32,000 nucleotides of DNA from Candidatus Saccharimonadota bacterium (GTDB taxonomy: Bacteria > Patescibacteriota > Microgenomatia > UBA1406 > GWC2-37-13). Positions 1 through 9,882 of this stretch are shown piece by piece (the stretch's first letter is position 1; every line of letters starts with the position of its first letter). Where the stretch lies: the NCBI GenBank assembly GCA_016699265.1, contig CP064967.1, positions 330,001 to 362,000 of the forward strand, written 5' to 3'. A program made the position numbers and the translations under genes. Under the pieces are notes generated by a model, which saw nothing but the letters and a program-made list of their open reading frames with translations, had not been told where the DNA came from and did not search any database.

Positions 1-1
1 A

Positions 2-355
2 TCTACTGAGTTTTTGTCAGTTGACTCAAACTCTACTGCCAAGGAAGTAATTAAGTTAGTGAAGGATGTCGGGTCTGATTTTGGAGAGATTCTTTATGTC
101 TATTTTTTAAACACAGAAAAGCAGCTAGTAGGAGTTTCGAGTCTAAGATCGGTTATTCTTCAGAATCCAGAATCGCCAGCATACAAATTTATGCGGCCTC
201 AGATCGAGGTCGCATCTTTGTCTACCCCTGTGAGCGTTGTTTGGAGGAAACTCTTGAAGTATAAGTACTACGTATTACCAGTAGTTGATAAAAACCGTCA
301 AATGATAGGTTTGGTTAAGCTAGACGATGTTAGTGAGCTAATTAATAAAATATGA
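2..355 (+). CDS. CBS-pair protein resembling the cytoplasmic CBS module of MgtE. The 5' end lies outside the window.
   Basis: The frame is open from the window edge, with no stop before base 14. The pattern ...QLVGVSSLRSVIL...YYVLPVVDKNRQMIGLVKLDDV is a typical tandem CBS signature. The stop TGA at 353-355 overlaps the ATG of the next gene (ATGA). Confidence 0.7.
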   Translation, partial: STEFLSVDSNSTAKEVIKLVKDVGSDFGEILYVYFLNTEKQLVGVSSLRSVILQNPESPAYKFMRPQIEVASLSTPVSVVWRKLLKYKYYVLPVVDKNRQMIGLVKLDDVSELINKI

Positions 356-1602
356 AATCTTTTTTTTACAGATGGACTCGAAGATTTGGTATATTCTTTG
401 TTGTTCTTGGTCCGGGGTTGATTACTGCAATTGCCGACAATGACGCGGGAGGAATCGCTACATATACAGTGACTGCCTCAATGTTCGGAATTGCTTCTCA
501 GTTCTTAGTGATCCCCACTACATTCGTACTAGGGTTTACGCAGGAGATTGGAGCACGGATAGCCGTTGTAACTCGCAAAGGGCTTGCTGATCTAATTAGA
601 GAGCAATATGGAATACGAATTGCTGCCGTTGTCTTTCTATTTTATTTTGTTGTTAATCAAGGGGTAGTGCTTCAGAATATCAGCGGCTTGAAAGCCTCAA
701 TTCGACTACTAAATATTCCATGGCAGCTCCCTCTTATTCTAACCTGCACAGTACTAGTCACCACTGTTGTGCGGTTCAGCTATAAAAGCTTGCAGAGAAT
801 ATTCCTCATACTAATATTTTTCTATCTTTCATATGTTGCGGTTGCTTGGTTGACAAAACCAGACTGGGTATCATTATTTCAAGAAACGGTTGTTCCAGAA
901 AAAATTACATTAGGACTCAATTTTTGGTTCTCGATTATCGCTGTGCTTGGTACAACAATTACTGCATGGGGTCAGTTCTTTGTCTCTAGCTATATTAACG
1001 ATAAGAAGCTCTCTATTGAGCAAATGAAGTACGAGAAATATGAGATATATTTCGGAGCATTTTTAACGAATGTAATTTCATACCTTATTGCGGTTGCCGT
1101 GACGCAGACGCTTTTTAACAACCATATAGTCGTATCAAACGCAGCTTCAGCAGCGCTCGCACTTAAACCACTTGCTGGTGAAGGCGCTTTTATACTCTTC
1201 AGCGCAGGCTTGTTTGGTGCATCTCTACTCGGTTTAACGATTATTCCCCTAGCTACTGCATACGTTTTCGCTGAACTATTTGGATTTGAGGGAAGTCTTG
1301 ATACGGACTTTCGAAAAGGAAGATTATTTTATCTTTTCTTTATACTACAAATTGGAATCGCCCTTATTATTACACTTTTCCCACAGGTAAATCTATTTGA
1401 TATCACACTTTATGTAGATTTCTTGAATGGAGCCATGTTACCTCTTATATTCTTCTTCTTAGCTAAGTTTGGAAGTGATAAAGATCTTATGGGAAAGTAT
1501 GCTCTTTCACAGCCGATGAAAATAACATTGTATGTGGTTGGATTCTTCATTACCAGCGTTGTAGTACTGTCAACTTTTGGCAAGATATTTGGAATAAACT
1601 AA
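352..1602 (+). CDS. NRAMP-family divalent cation transporter, non-canonical (DAGG instead of DPGN; no Met-Pro-His in TM6).
   Basis: 416 aa polytopic membrane protein. The N-terminal GPGLITAIADNDAGGIATY aligns to the NRAMP TM1 motif GP..(D)PGN.AT. The TM6 region reads GTTITAWGQFF where canonical MntH has GATVMPHNLY. Confidence 0.85.
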   Translation: MKSFFYRWTRRFGIFFVVLGPGLITAIADNDAGGIATYTVTASMFGIASQFLVIPTTFVLGFTQEIGARIAVVTRKGLADLIREQYGIRIAAVVFLFYFVVNQGVVLQNISGLKASIRLLNIPWQLPLILTCTVLVTTVVRFSYKSLQRIFLILIFFYLSYVAVAWLTKPDWVSLFQETVVPEKITLGLNFWFSIIAVLGTTITAWGQFFVSSYINDKKLSIEQMKYEKYEIYFGAFLTNVISYLIAVAVTQTLFNNHIVVSNAASAALALKPLAGEGAFILFSAGLFGASLLGLTIIPLATAYVFAELFGFEGSLDTDFRKGRLFYLFFILQIGIALIITLFPQVNLFDITLYVDFLNGAMLPLIFFFLAKFGSDKDLMGKYALSQPMKITLYVVGFFITSVVVLSTFGKIFGIN

Positions 1603-1968
1603 ATGAGAAAGAAAATAACCAATGGATGGTTTTTTTCCACTCCTAATCACCTTCTCAAATTCCTTACGATATTCATAAAAGGAGATCAGGTCTTATTGTT
1701 TCCGCTCGTAGTTCTTATCACGATATCATATGCTTTTTCGTTGAGAATGGGCGTTTTGTTGACCGGTGCATATATGTTTGTGAGGTTTCTTGGAGAAATG
1801 TTCTACTGGATTATGCAACAATTTGGAGATAGAAAGTATAGGCCGAATGATTTTGGGTTTACCAATCTTGATAATCATGCTATCTATATTCTGTATCAAA
1901 CTTTCGCAATATTTGTTTCACTATGTGGAATTATGCTCTTGATCTACGGCCTCCTTTATCTAAGGTGA
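1603..1968 (+). CDS. Small integral membrane protein of unknown function.
   Basis: 121 aa with 3-4 hydrophobic segments. Its ATG directly follows the TAA of the NRAMP gene, so it is probably co-transcribed. Confidence 0.5.
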   Translation: MRKKITNGWFFSTPNHLLKFLTIFIKGDQVLLFPLVVLITISYAFSLRMGVLLTGAYMFVRFLGEMFYWIMQQFGDRKYRPNDFGFTNLDNHAIYILYQTFAIFVSLCGIMLLIYGLLYLR

Positions 1969-1972
1969 GTGA

Positions 1973-2494
1973 CTAAACTCTTGTCTGGAGTGAGGAAGGA
2001 TTCACTCGTTCTCGAATCTTAGCTCGCAGTAATTCTCGTTCGGCAATCTGTCTTAATATTGATTCTGGCTGTTGCAAAATGAATTCTTCACCTTCATATT
2101 CTCTTGAAAGATCAGTGTCAGAAAGAGCTCTTCTTAGATCTAAAATATCTCTCTCGTTTGCAGCATCGAATAAATGTCGCGCACCTTCGGGATTACCTAA
2201 CCCTACCCATCTATGAAGCGTAATCTCAATTTCATCAACAATCATTTGACGAGATATCTCAGATAGAAACGCACTTACCGCGTGAATGTGTGTGGTTGGC
2301 CTCACCCGCATACTATCAAGAAATGTCCCGACGACGAAACCCTCACTAATTGGCAATGTCGATTCTTTAAGTGCTTTTTTTATTGTGAGCAACTCGGTTC
2401 TTTCATGGCATCTTGTGTACATATTGCGAAATGGCTCGGCAAGAATTCCTACTGAATAAGAATATGGAGGTTTTGATCGTTCTTGAGATGACAT
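1973..2494 (-). CDS. Hypothetical soluble protein (173 aa) immediately downstream of the 16S rRNA precursor.
   Basis: Long ORF with an ATG start. A TATAAT box (plus-strand coordinates 2506-2511) lies 11 nt upstream. I recognise no family. Confidence 0.5.
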   Translation of the reverse strand: MSSQERSKPPYSYSVGILAEPFRNMYTRCHERTELLTIKKALKESTLPISEGFVVGTFLDSMRVRPTTHIHAVSAFLSEISRQMIVDEIEITLHRWVGLGNPEGARHLFDAANERDILDLRRALSDTDLSREYEGEEFILQQPESILRQIAERELLRAKIRERVNPSSLQTRV

Positions 2495-2513
2495 AGCTGA
2501 ATCAGATTATAAA

Positions 2514-2562
2514 ATACAGGTGTTTGGCCGATGCTTAAAGGATTTTAGATTGTTAATCGGGT
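2514..2562 (-). other. 3' strand of the 16S precursor processing helix (probable RNase III stem).
   Basis: 2545-2562 is complementary to 4183-4200 at 17 of 18 positions. 2514-2524 is complementary to 4254-4264 at 11 of 11 positions. The two helices are correctly nested around the mature 16S. Confidence 0.7.
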
Positions 2563-2605
2563 CAGGATGAAACCAATTTTTAACAAAATATGGTTAAAAA
2601 AAAGA

Positions 2606-4109
<1,504 letters not shown>

Positions 4110-4182
4110 AGCTTGAACTTCCTCTCCAATACCAACCATGTGAAGATACTGGAGTATCACCCCGACTACGTCGGAGATCAAA

Positions 4183-4264
4183 ACCCGATTATCAATCTAA
4201 AAAATCTGTATTACGTACATGCGTGCATGCGCAGTACGCAAAAAAATGAATGTAACACCTGTAT
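4183..4264 (-). other. 5' strand of the 16S precursor processing helix.
   Basis: Partner of 2514-2562 (see that feature). It lies in the leader between the predicted promoter and the mature 5' end. Confidence 0.7.
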
Positions 4265-4301
4265 GTTAATGTACAACGCAACAATGTAAAGAAGAATCTC
4301 T

Positions 4302-4330
4302 ATTTTAGTCAACAACAGCTCGAAAGTCAA
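4302..4330 (-). promoter_or_regulatory. Candidate sigma70-type promoter for 16S rRNA.
   Basis: The minus strand reads TTGACT (4330-4325), then a 17 nt spacer, then TAAAAT (4307-4302). This is about 190 nt upstream of the mature 16S 5' end. Confidence 0.55.
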
Positions 4331-4478
4331 CGCCACATATAGAGTTTTAAGGTTTGGAAGGTTGCAGGTCGGAAAGTTTGTTTATAAGTTTGTAAGTTTA
4401 CCAGTAAACTGATTGACTAGTTGAACCTACAAACAAACCTTTTCAGCTTTTAAACTTTCGTAACTTTAAAACCTTCAG

Positions 4479-5540
4479 TTAAGGGAGTTGAATGCGGAGT
4501 TTATGCACTTGTTCTGATCGTCTACTCACCTTTAGAATTCCATTTATGGTTGCGTGCTGTTTTTGTTCGGAAACCTTTACCGGTAGGTTGAGCTCTGCAG
4601 AAAAAAATTCATCTAGTCCTGCTATCTGTGCAAGACCTCCTGTTAAAATCACCCCATTTTTATACAGTTCGTCAACTATCTCAGGTGGTGCAAGCTCCAC
4701 GACCTCTTTCATAGAATCCATGATGTGATTAAAAGAAGTAAGAAGAGCCTCCTTCACATCGGAAGATCTCACCTTTACCGATTTTGGTAAACCCGTCTCA
4801 AGAGACTTACCCCTTACCAACATAGTTTTGTCCTCAGATCCAAAGTTGGATAGTTCAATCTTCAGATCTTCACAGGAGTTCTCGCCGATCATAATTCCAT
4901 GCTTTAGATAAAGGTAGTTGTAGATAATTTTATTCATATGCTCGCCTGCAGTCTTAAGCGTTTTTTGCAGGACTACTCCACCGCCACTTAAGATCGAGAT
5001 TTCAATTAGTCCACCACCCATATCAATAATACATATAGGCTGATGAACAAATATATTAAAGCCACAGCCTATGCCAGTTACCACAGCCTTTTCATAAATA
5101 GAGACCTCCGATGCTCCACATTTCTGTAGTACTTCCTCAACTGCCTTCTGCTCTATTTCTGTTGCAGTAGATGGTACAGCAGCATGCATGTGAAGTCCTG
5201 GTTTGAGAAACGGGTATGCGCTTAAATACGGCATGACCGACCGTTGAAGTTCTTTTTCAAGCAGCGCCACTGTTCCGTCGAAGCTAGATATAATCGAGTT
5301 TACTATCGGGCGCTCTATTTTTATAAAATCTGGGACCTTTCCCATAATACTCTTTGCCTCATTTCCAAAAAAAACGTATTCATTTGTCTTTTGGTTTCTG
5401 CCTACCACAGTCGGCTCATCTAGTGTAATTCCTTTGTCCCGTATTCCAATTCTTATGTTTGTAGTACCAAGATCGATCGCCACATTCAACGAAGAGAACA
5501 TTGGGATGCGCACTTTTTTTAAATTTTGTATAAAATGCAT
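4479..5540 (-). CDS. mreB: Rod-shape-determining actin homologue MreB.
   Basis: VAIDLGTTNIRIG..., IDMGGGLIEISILSGGGVV and ILTGGLAQIAGLDEF are the MreB/actin phosphate and adenosine motifs. An alternative start, the ATG at 5501 (MFSSLNVAIDLG), fits MreB N-termini better. Confidence 0.9.
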   Translation of the reverse strand: MHFIQNLKKVRIPMFSSLNVAIDLGTTNIRIGIRDKGITLDEPTVVGRNQKTNEYVFFGNEAKSIMGKVPDFIKIERPIVNSIISSFDGTVALLEKELQRSVMPYLSAYPFLKPGLHMHAAVPSTATEIEQKAVEEVLQKCGASEVSIYEKAVVTGIGCGFNIFVHQPICIIDMGGGLIEISILSGGGVVLQKTLKTAGEHMNKIIYNYLYLKHGIMIGENSCEDLKIELSNFGSEDKTMLVRGKSLETGLPKSVKVRSSDVKEALLTSFNHIMDSMKEVVELAPPEIVDELYKNGVILTGGLAQIAGLDEFFSAELNLPVKVSEQKQHATINGILKVSRRSEQVHKLRIQLP

Positions 5541-5542
5541 GT

Positions 5543-7582
5543 ATGTTGAAAAAAATAGGACGACTCATCTATTATAGCTTGTTTTTATTGACTCCACTTA
5601 TTGTTCTTAAGGACACCTCCGAACTGTTTGAGTTAAATAAGATGAACTACATCTATTTCTCTTCTGTTAGCATTTCTTTGATTTTGGCGATTGCAATGGT
5701 ACGCGCCAGAAAAATATTTATTCGCAGATCAGCCTTCGACATAATTGGTTTAGTATTTATCGGGGTAATGTTACTATCGACCTTGTTCTCGATCGATCAA
5801 CACGTCTCTATTTTTGGATACTATGGTCGTTTCAATGGAGGTTTTCTATCTCTACTCTCTTATAGCGTTCTATTTTATGGTCTGGGATTTTTCTTTGTAA
5901 AGAAAGATATTCTCAAGATTCTAATGATGTCCACGATCTCATCAGTGATTGTTATGTTATGGGGACTATCTGGCAAGTTCGGCCACGATTTCTCATGTTT
6001 GCTATTTACCGGTCAGTTTAGCAATAGTTGCTGGACTGATCAGTTTAGACCAGCTGAACGAATGTTTTCGACATTGGGTCAACCAAACTGGCTGGGGGCA
6101 TATCTCGCCATTCATTTTTTCATTGGGCTCTACTTTTTGGTTACAAAGCATTTTAAAAGATGGTATCTGAGCTATTCGTATCTTCTTCTTACCTTCATAT
6201 GTCTTCTCTCAACCAAATCTCGATCGGCACTTTTGGCTGTTGGAGTAGGCTCTTTGTTGTACGCTCTAATTATTGTTTTGCTAAAACAAAAGGACATTTT
6301 CTTTAAAGAAAAAAATAAACTGATAGGACTTGGTCTCTTATTTTTACTTTCCATAGTCATCTTTAAAACCGGTATAGACAAAATAGACAATCTAATTAGA
6401 TTTCCAATAATCAATAATGAATCATCAAATAAATTAGAAATAATAAATAGTAAATCTTCAAATAGGCCTTTGTCCTCTGAGGTTACTGAGTCGTTGGATA
6501 TTCGAAAAATTGTATGGAAAGGCGCTATCGATCTAGGGTTTCGATACCCTCTTTTGGGAACCGGCCCAGAGACATTTGGATTAAGTTACTACTTCACTCG
6601 ACCAATCGAACATAATACGACGTCAGAGTGGGACTATGTATACAACAAGGCTCATAATGAGTACCTTAATTATTTCGCTACTACGGGTTTTGTGGGGCTA
6701 CTAAGCTACCTAATTTTAGTAGTGGTTGTTCTCTATAATTTGTCCCGATTCCTCAGAATCGAGGATCCCGATTCCAAATCGGGAAAGTTTGACAGGTTGC
6801 TGTATCTTTCACTACTATGTTCTTACGTCACAATTCTCATAACTAATTTTTTTGGATTTTCTACGACAACGATTAATCTATTTTTCTTTATTATTCCTGC
6901 CTTCGTTGCTTTAAGCCATTCATCTACTAAGGACTATTTCGATTTTAAGGAAGATAACATTCATCCTTCGCAAAAGATTGAGATCGGGTTAGCGGTAGTA
7001 GCGTACTTGTTTAGTCTCGTGTGGCTAATAACATTCTTTGTAGCAGACACGCAGTATGCTCAGGGACTCCTTTATGAGGCAAGTGGTGATTACATTAAAG
7101 CTTCACAGTTGGTTACAACCGCAACTCTTTTACGACCTGACCCTGTCTATTTAGATAAACTTTCGTATCTAGAGGCAAATCTAGCCCTGATTGCATCATC
7201 TCAAGGAGAAAAGGATCTGGTAACAAAGTTTATTACAAACTCAATTCAATCGAATCAAAAATCACGAAGGTCCTCTCCGAAAAACATTCAGTATTTGAAG
7301 ACTGCAGCTAAAAATAATCTCTTGTTTTATCAAGTCATGTTAGAGCGTCAATATATTGAGATGGGTATTTCAAATATTCAGAGCGCCGCTATATTGGCTC
7401 CGACCGAACCAAAGTTAGCCTACACTGAAGCTGTTTTTTACTCGATTCTTGCAGATGACTCAGAAGATAAAATCATAAAACAACAGTACAGAGTGCGCGC
7501 TATAATCAGCGCACAACGAGCCATAGATCTAAAATCAGACTATACTATAGCGAAGGATTTTTTGAAAAAAATTAAGAACTGA
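5543..7582 (+). CDS. O-antigen-ligase-like (Wzy_C domain) polytopic membrane protein with a C-terminal helical-repeat (TPR-like) region.
   Basis: 679 aa with more than 10 TM segments. STKSRSALLAVGVG and KAHNEYLNYFATTGFVGLLSYL are typical Wzy_C/WaaL/PglL motifs. The soluble C-terminal 170 aa or so is repeat-like. Confidence 0.8.
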   Translation: MLKKIGRLIYYSLFLLTPLIVLKDTSELFELNKMNYIYFSSVSISLILAIAMVRARKIFIRRSAFDIIGLVFIGVMLLSTLFSIDQHVSIFGYYGRFNGGFLSLLSYSVLFYGLGFFFVKKDILKILMMSTISSVIVMLWGLSGKFGHDFSCLLFTGQFSNSCWTDQFRPAERMFSTLGQPNWLGAYLAIHFFIGLYFLVTKHFKRWYLSYSYLLLTFICLLSTKSRSALLAVGVGSLLYALIIVLLKQKDIFFKEKNKLIGLGLLFLLSIVIFKTGIDKIDNLIRFPIINNESSNKLEIINSKSSNRPLSSEVTESLDIRKIVWKGAIDLGFRYPLLGTGPETFGLSYYFTRPIEHNTTSEWDYVYNKAHNEYLNYFATTGFVGLLSYLILVVVVLYNLSRFLRIEDPDSKSGKFDRLLYLSLLCSYVTILITNFFGFSTTTINLFFFIIPAFVALSHSSTKDYFDFKEDNIHPSQKIEIGLAVVAYLFSLVWLITFFVADTQYAQGLLYEASGDYIKASQLVTTATLLRPDPVYLDKLSYLEANLALIASSQGEKDLVTKFITNSIQSNQKSRRSSPKNIQYLKTAAKNNLLFYQVMLERQYIEMGISNIQSAAILAPTEPKLAYTEAVFYSILADDSEDKIIKQQYRVRAIISAQRAIDLKSDYTIAKDFLKKIKN

Positions 7583-8026
7583 TCAAGGAGCAGTATTTGC
7601 GCTTGATACCCCATACTTACAGGTACCACCACAGTTAGCTGAGTATCCAGCTTGGTTAGAGCCTACACCATTATCATCAGATCTTTCCAACTTTGAATAT
7701 AGTTGATAGGATTGATTTGTACCGCTGACATTCCCTCTTAGGTAGTAGTAGACAGCTGCACCCGGATCAGTGGGAGTATTTTTTAAAAAACAATGATTGA
7801 CATCTGCGCAAAGATCACTGGATGCAGTAGACGCTGGGTATTGTCCATAGTCGTTATAGTAGAGCTCGAGTGCTTTTTGGATGGTCCCAATATCCGCCTT
7901 TCTTCGAGCATCTTTACTTCTTTCAAGAGAGGCTTTGTAGAGGCCTACACCTGAAACAGACATTATCCCGAGAATAGATATCACTATAAGAAGTTCAATT
8001 AGCGTAATACCTTTAACCCAGTTCAT
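7583..8026 (-). CDS. Type IV pilin / GspG-like prepilin, paralogue 1. Leader MNWVKG, with Ile at +1.
   Basis: G|ITLIELLIVISILGI is an N-terminal methylation-type helix, and DARRKADIGTIQKALELYYNDYGQYP is a GspG-like motif. The longer ORF-track start at 8041 is a TTG. The ATG at 8026 gives a normal short leader. Confidence 0.85.
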   Translation of the reverse strand: MNWVKGITLIELLIVISILGIMSVSGVGLYKASLERSKDARRKADIGTIQKALELYYNDYGQYPASTASSDLCADVNHCFLKNTPTDPGAAVYYYLRGNVSGTNQSYQLYSKLERSDDNGVGSNQAGYSANCGGTCKYGVSSANTAP

Positions 8027-8040
8027 ATATTCAAAGTACA

Positions 8041-8071
8041 AAATAAAACCGGCTTATGCAAGCCAATTTTT
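8041..8071 (-). terminator. Terminator-like hairpin directly upstream of the pilin paralogue 1 start.
   Basis: The minus-strand RNA is UUGGCUU-GCAU-AAGCCGG (7 bp including 2 G.U) followed by UUUUAUUU. It is homologous to the stronger hairpin at 8879-8910. Confidence 0.4.
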
Positions 8072-8327
8072 AAATATAATTCAATTAGCTATATTTAAGC
8101 ACCCGTATATAAACTGGGTATTAACGCTTTAGACCGACGGAGAATGATATTTAGTACTTTACTGTTAGCAAAGCTAGGTCGCACTTCTTTCAAGCAGTAA
8201 TTTATATTATAAAAATTAGTAGTGCGGGTAGTGCTTAGGCAAGAGGTTGACACCAAAGAATTACAGATCTAAGAAGGGGGATATGCAGGCAAAAAAGGAT
8301 CAGAGGCAGGAATCGACCACTGGTTGT

Positions 8328-8786
8328 TTATGGCGTAGTATTTGTGCTCGATACTCCATACTTACAGGTACCACCACAGTTAGCTGAGTATCCAGCCTGA
8401 TTAGAGCCTATACCAGTATCGTCAGATCTATCCAACTTTGAATATAGTTGAAAGGATTGATTTGTTCCGCTGATATTTCCTCTCAGGTAGTAGTAAATTC
8501 CACCTCCTGGATCAACGGGAATAGTTTTAAGATAACAATGGGCAGCGTCAGCGCAAAGATCAGTGGATGCAGTAGACGCTGGGTATTGATTATAGTCGTA
8601 GTAGTATGATTCCAGTGCTTTCTGGATGGATCCAATATCTACCTTTCTTCGAGCATCTTTGCTTCTCTGTAAAGAAGCTAAATAGGAATTGATTCCTGTT
8701 ACCGCCAATATTCCTATAATCGACAGAACGATTAACAACTCTATTAAGGTAAACCCTTTTTTTACTCTATTTCCTCCCTCGTTCAT
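8328..8786 (-). CDS. Type IV pilin / GspG-like prepilin, paralogue 2. Leader MNEGGNRVKKG.
   Basis: G|FTLIELLIVLSIIGI, about 75 percent identical to paralogue 1 by eye. The ATG at 8786 gives an 11 aa leader. The ORF also stays open up to the ATG at 8858. Confidence 0.85.
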   Translation of the reverse strand: MNEGGNRVKKGFTLIELLIVLSIIGILAVTGINSYLASLQRSKDARRKVDIGSIQKALESYYYDYNQYPASTASTDLCADAAHCYLKTIPVDPGGGIYYYLRGNISGTNQSFQLYSKLDRSDDTGIGSNQAGYSANCGGTCKYGVSSTNTTP

Positions 8787-8878
8787 CTCTATTCTCTGTT
8801 TATAGTGCGTCGCCGGAGCTAGGAGGGTAAACAGATTGAAGTAGCTACTTTGTTTCATACGATATTATTACAGTACTT

Positions 8879-8910
8879 AAAAAAACCGGCTTTTTCAAGC
8901 CGGTTTTTTA
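8879..8910 (-). terminator. Bidirectional intrinsic terminator after the pilin gene at 8937-9494.
   Basis: AACCGGCTT-TTTC-AAGCCGGTT forms a 9 bp stem, flanked by A7 on one side and T6 on the other. Confidence 0.65.
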
Positions 8911-8936
8911 ACTAACAAACTAAGGTTCCAGTTTGG

Positions 8937-9494
8937 TCAAAACACACAGTAATGACACGTTGCACTTGAGGACGGACAGGTTGCTGCCGTACCCAATGTC
9001 GTACAGACATTCGTTGTATATATACCACTTGTACCAAGCGTTGTTGTATATTTTGATCTCTCATTCTTTGAGTACGGATTATAGGCCATGTGGAATGTGC
9101 CTACTGCAGTACCGGCATCGAGATCAAATATAAGTTTTGCATCGGGTACAAAAGCCGATGAAAGTTCACCCGCTGTTTGTAACTCTGCCAAAACACTTGC
9201 TCCACAGGTACCTGCCGTTGCGAACACACTAGCATTTCCAGCTACTACACAACCCGCTCTTAAGGTTGCGCATGCTTGGTCTGTGCACCACGGGTAATAA
9301 AGCTTTCCGGCGTAGTACCGGCTTATTGCGTTCTTAATTTCACCAGAGGCCGTTATAAGCTTGACATCGCTTGCTCTATTGGTTTGCTCAATAGGATCAA
9401 GGGAGATAAGTATTGCAACAGCCAAAATACCTATGATGGCGATAACTATTAACAGTTCGACGAGGGTAAACCCTTTCTTGATAAACTTTCTCAT
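8937..9494 (-). CDS. Type IV pilin, the best candidate for the major pilin (PilA-like).
   Basis: Canonical prepilin N-terminus MRKFIKKG|FTLVELLIVIAIIGILA. The globular part is Cys-rich. It has its own near-consensus promoter and terminator. Confidence 0.85.
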   Translation of the reverse strand: MRKFIKKGFTLVELLIVIAIIGILAVAILISLDPIEQTNRASDVKLITASGEIKNAISRYYAGKLYYPWCTDQACATLRAGCVVAGNASVFATAGTCGASVLAELQTAGELSSAFVPDAKLIFDLDAGTAVGTFHMAYNPYSKNERSKYTTTLGTSGIYTTNVCTTLGTAATCPSSSATCHYCVF

Positions 9495-9541
9495 AATTAA
9501 ATAATTTGTTCCCCTACTTTATGAAAATTACTAATACTATC

Positions 9542-9570
9542 AATTTAGTGAATGCAGAAAGTTATGTCAA
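9542..9570 (-). promoter_or_regulatory. Candidate promoter of the major pilin gene.
   Basis: The minus strand reads TTGACA (9570-9565), then a 17 nt spacer, then TAAATT (9547-9542). It lies back-to-back with the rpmF promoter. Confidence 0.55.
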
Positions 9571-9596
9571 GTGGATTAAATATGATATAATTAACC

Positions 9597-9746
9597 ATGG
9601 CGCCATTACCAAAAAGAAAACATTCACAGGCGCGCAAAGGTAGAAGGATGAGTGAGCGAGTTGTCAAACTAAGTAATCTCGTTGCGTGTGCCCAATGTGG
9701 AAAACCTAAGCTTCCACATCTCATGTGCAAGTACTGTGGTAAATAA
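9597..9746 (+). CDS. rpmF: 50S ribosomal protein L32.
   Basis: This gene is absent from the ORF track because it is only 49 aa. My own translation is MAPLPKRKHSQARKGRRMSERVVKLSNLVACAQCGKPKLPHLMCKYCGK. This matches the L32 pattern (PKRK.S..R...RR, then C..CG..KLPH..C..CG). Confidence 0.9.
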   Translation: MAPLPKRKHSQARKGRRMSERVVKLSNLVACAQCGKPKLPHLMCKYCGK

Positions 9747-9882
9747 CTGTTATAAAGTTAAAAAGTTTATAAAGTTAGTAAGTTTGTTTGAGAGTTTCTA
9801 AGTTAACCGGTTAACCAGTTAACCTTCCAACTTTAAAACCAACCTTCTAAACCTTAAGACCTTCCAAACTCGTAAACCAAAA

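Noticed and set aside
2495-2605. A tRNA-Ile/Ala or the start of a 23S downstream of the 16S.
   Set aside because: There is no cloverleaf-compatible sequence and no 23S 5' motif. The segment is accounted for by the processing-helix strand.
8076-8327. A riboswitch (for example c-di-GMP), small RNA or small gene in the 250 nt between the two pilin paralogues.
   Set aside because: I could not find the conserved GEMM-type motifs, a tRNA-like end or a convincing ORF. A covariance-model scan is needed, so I make no call.
9545-9730. A 61 aa minus-strand ORF.
   Set aside because: It is antisense to a clear rpmF (L32) gene on the plus strand. That gene was missed by the track only because it is 49 aa long.
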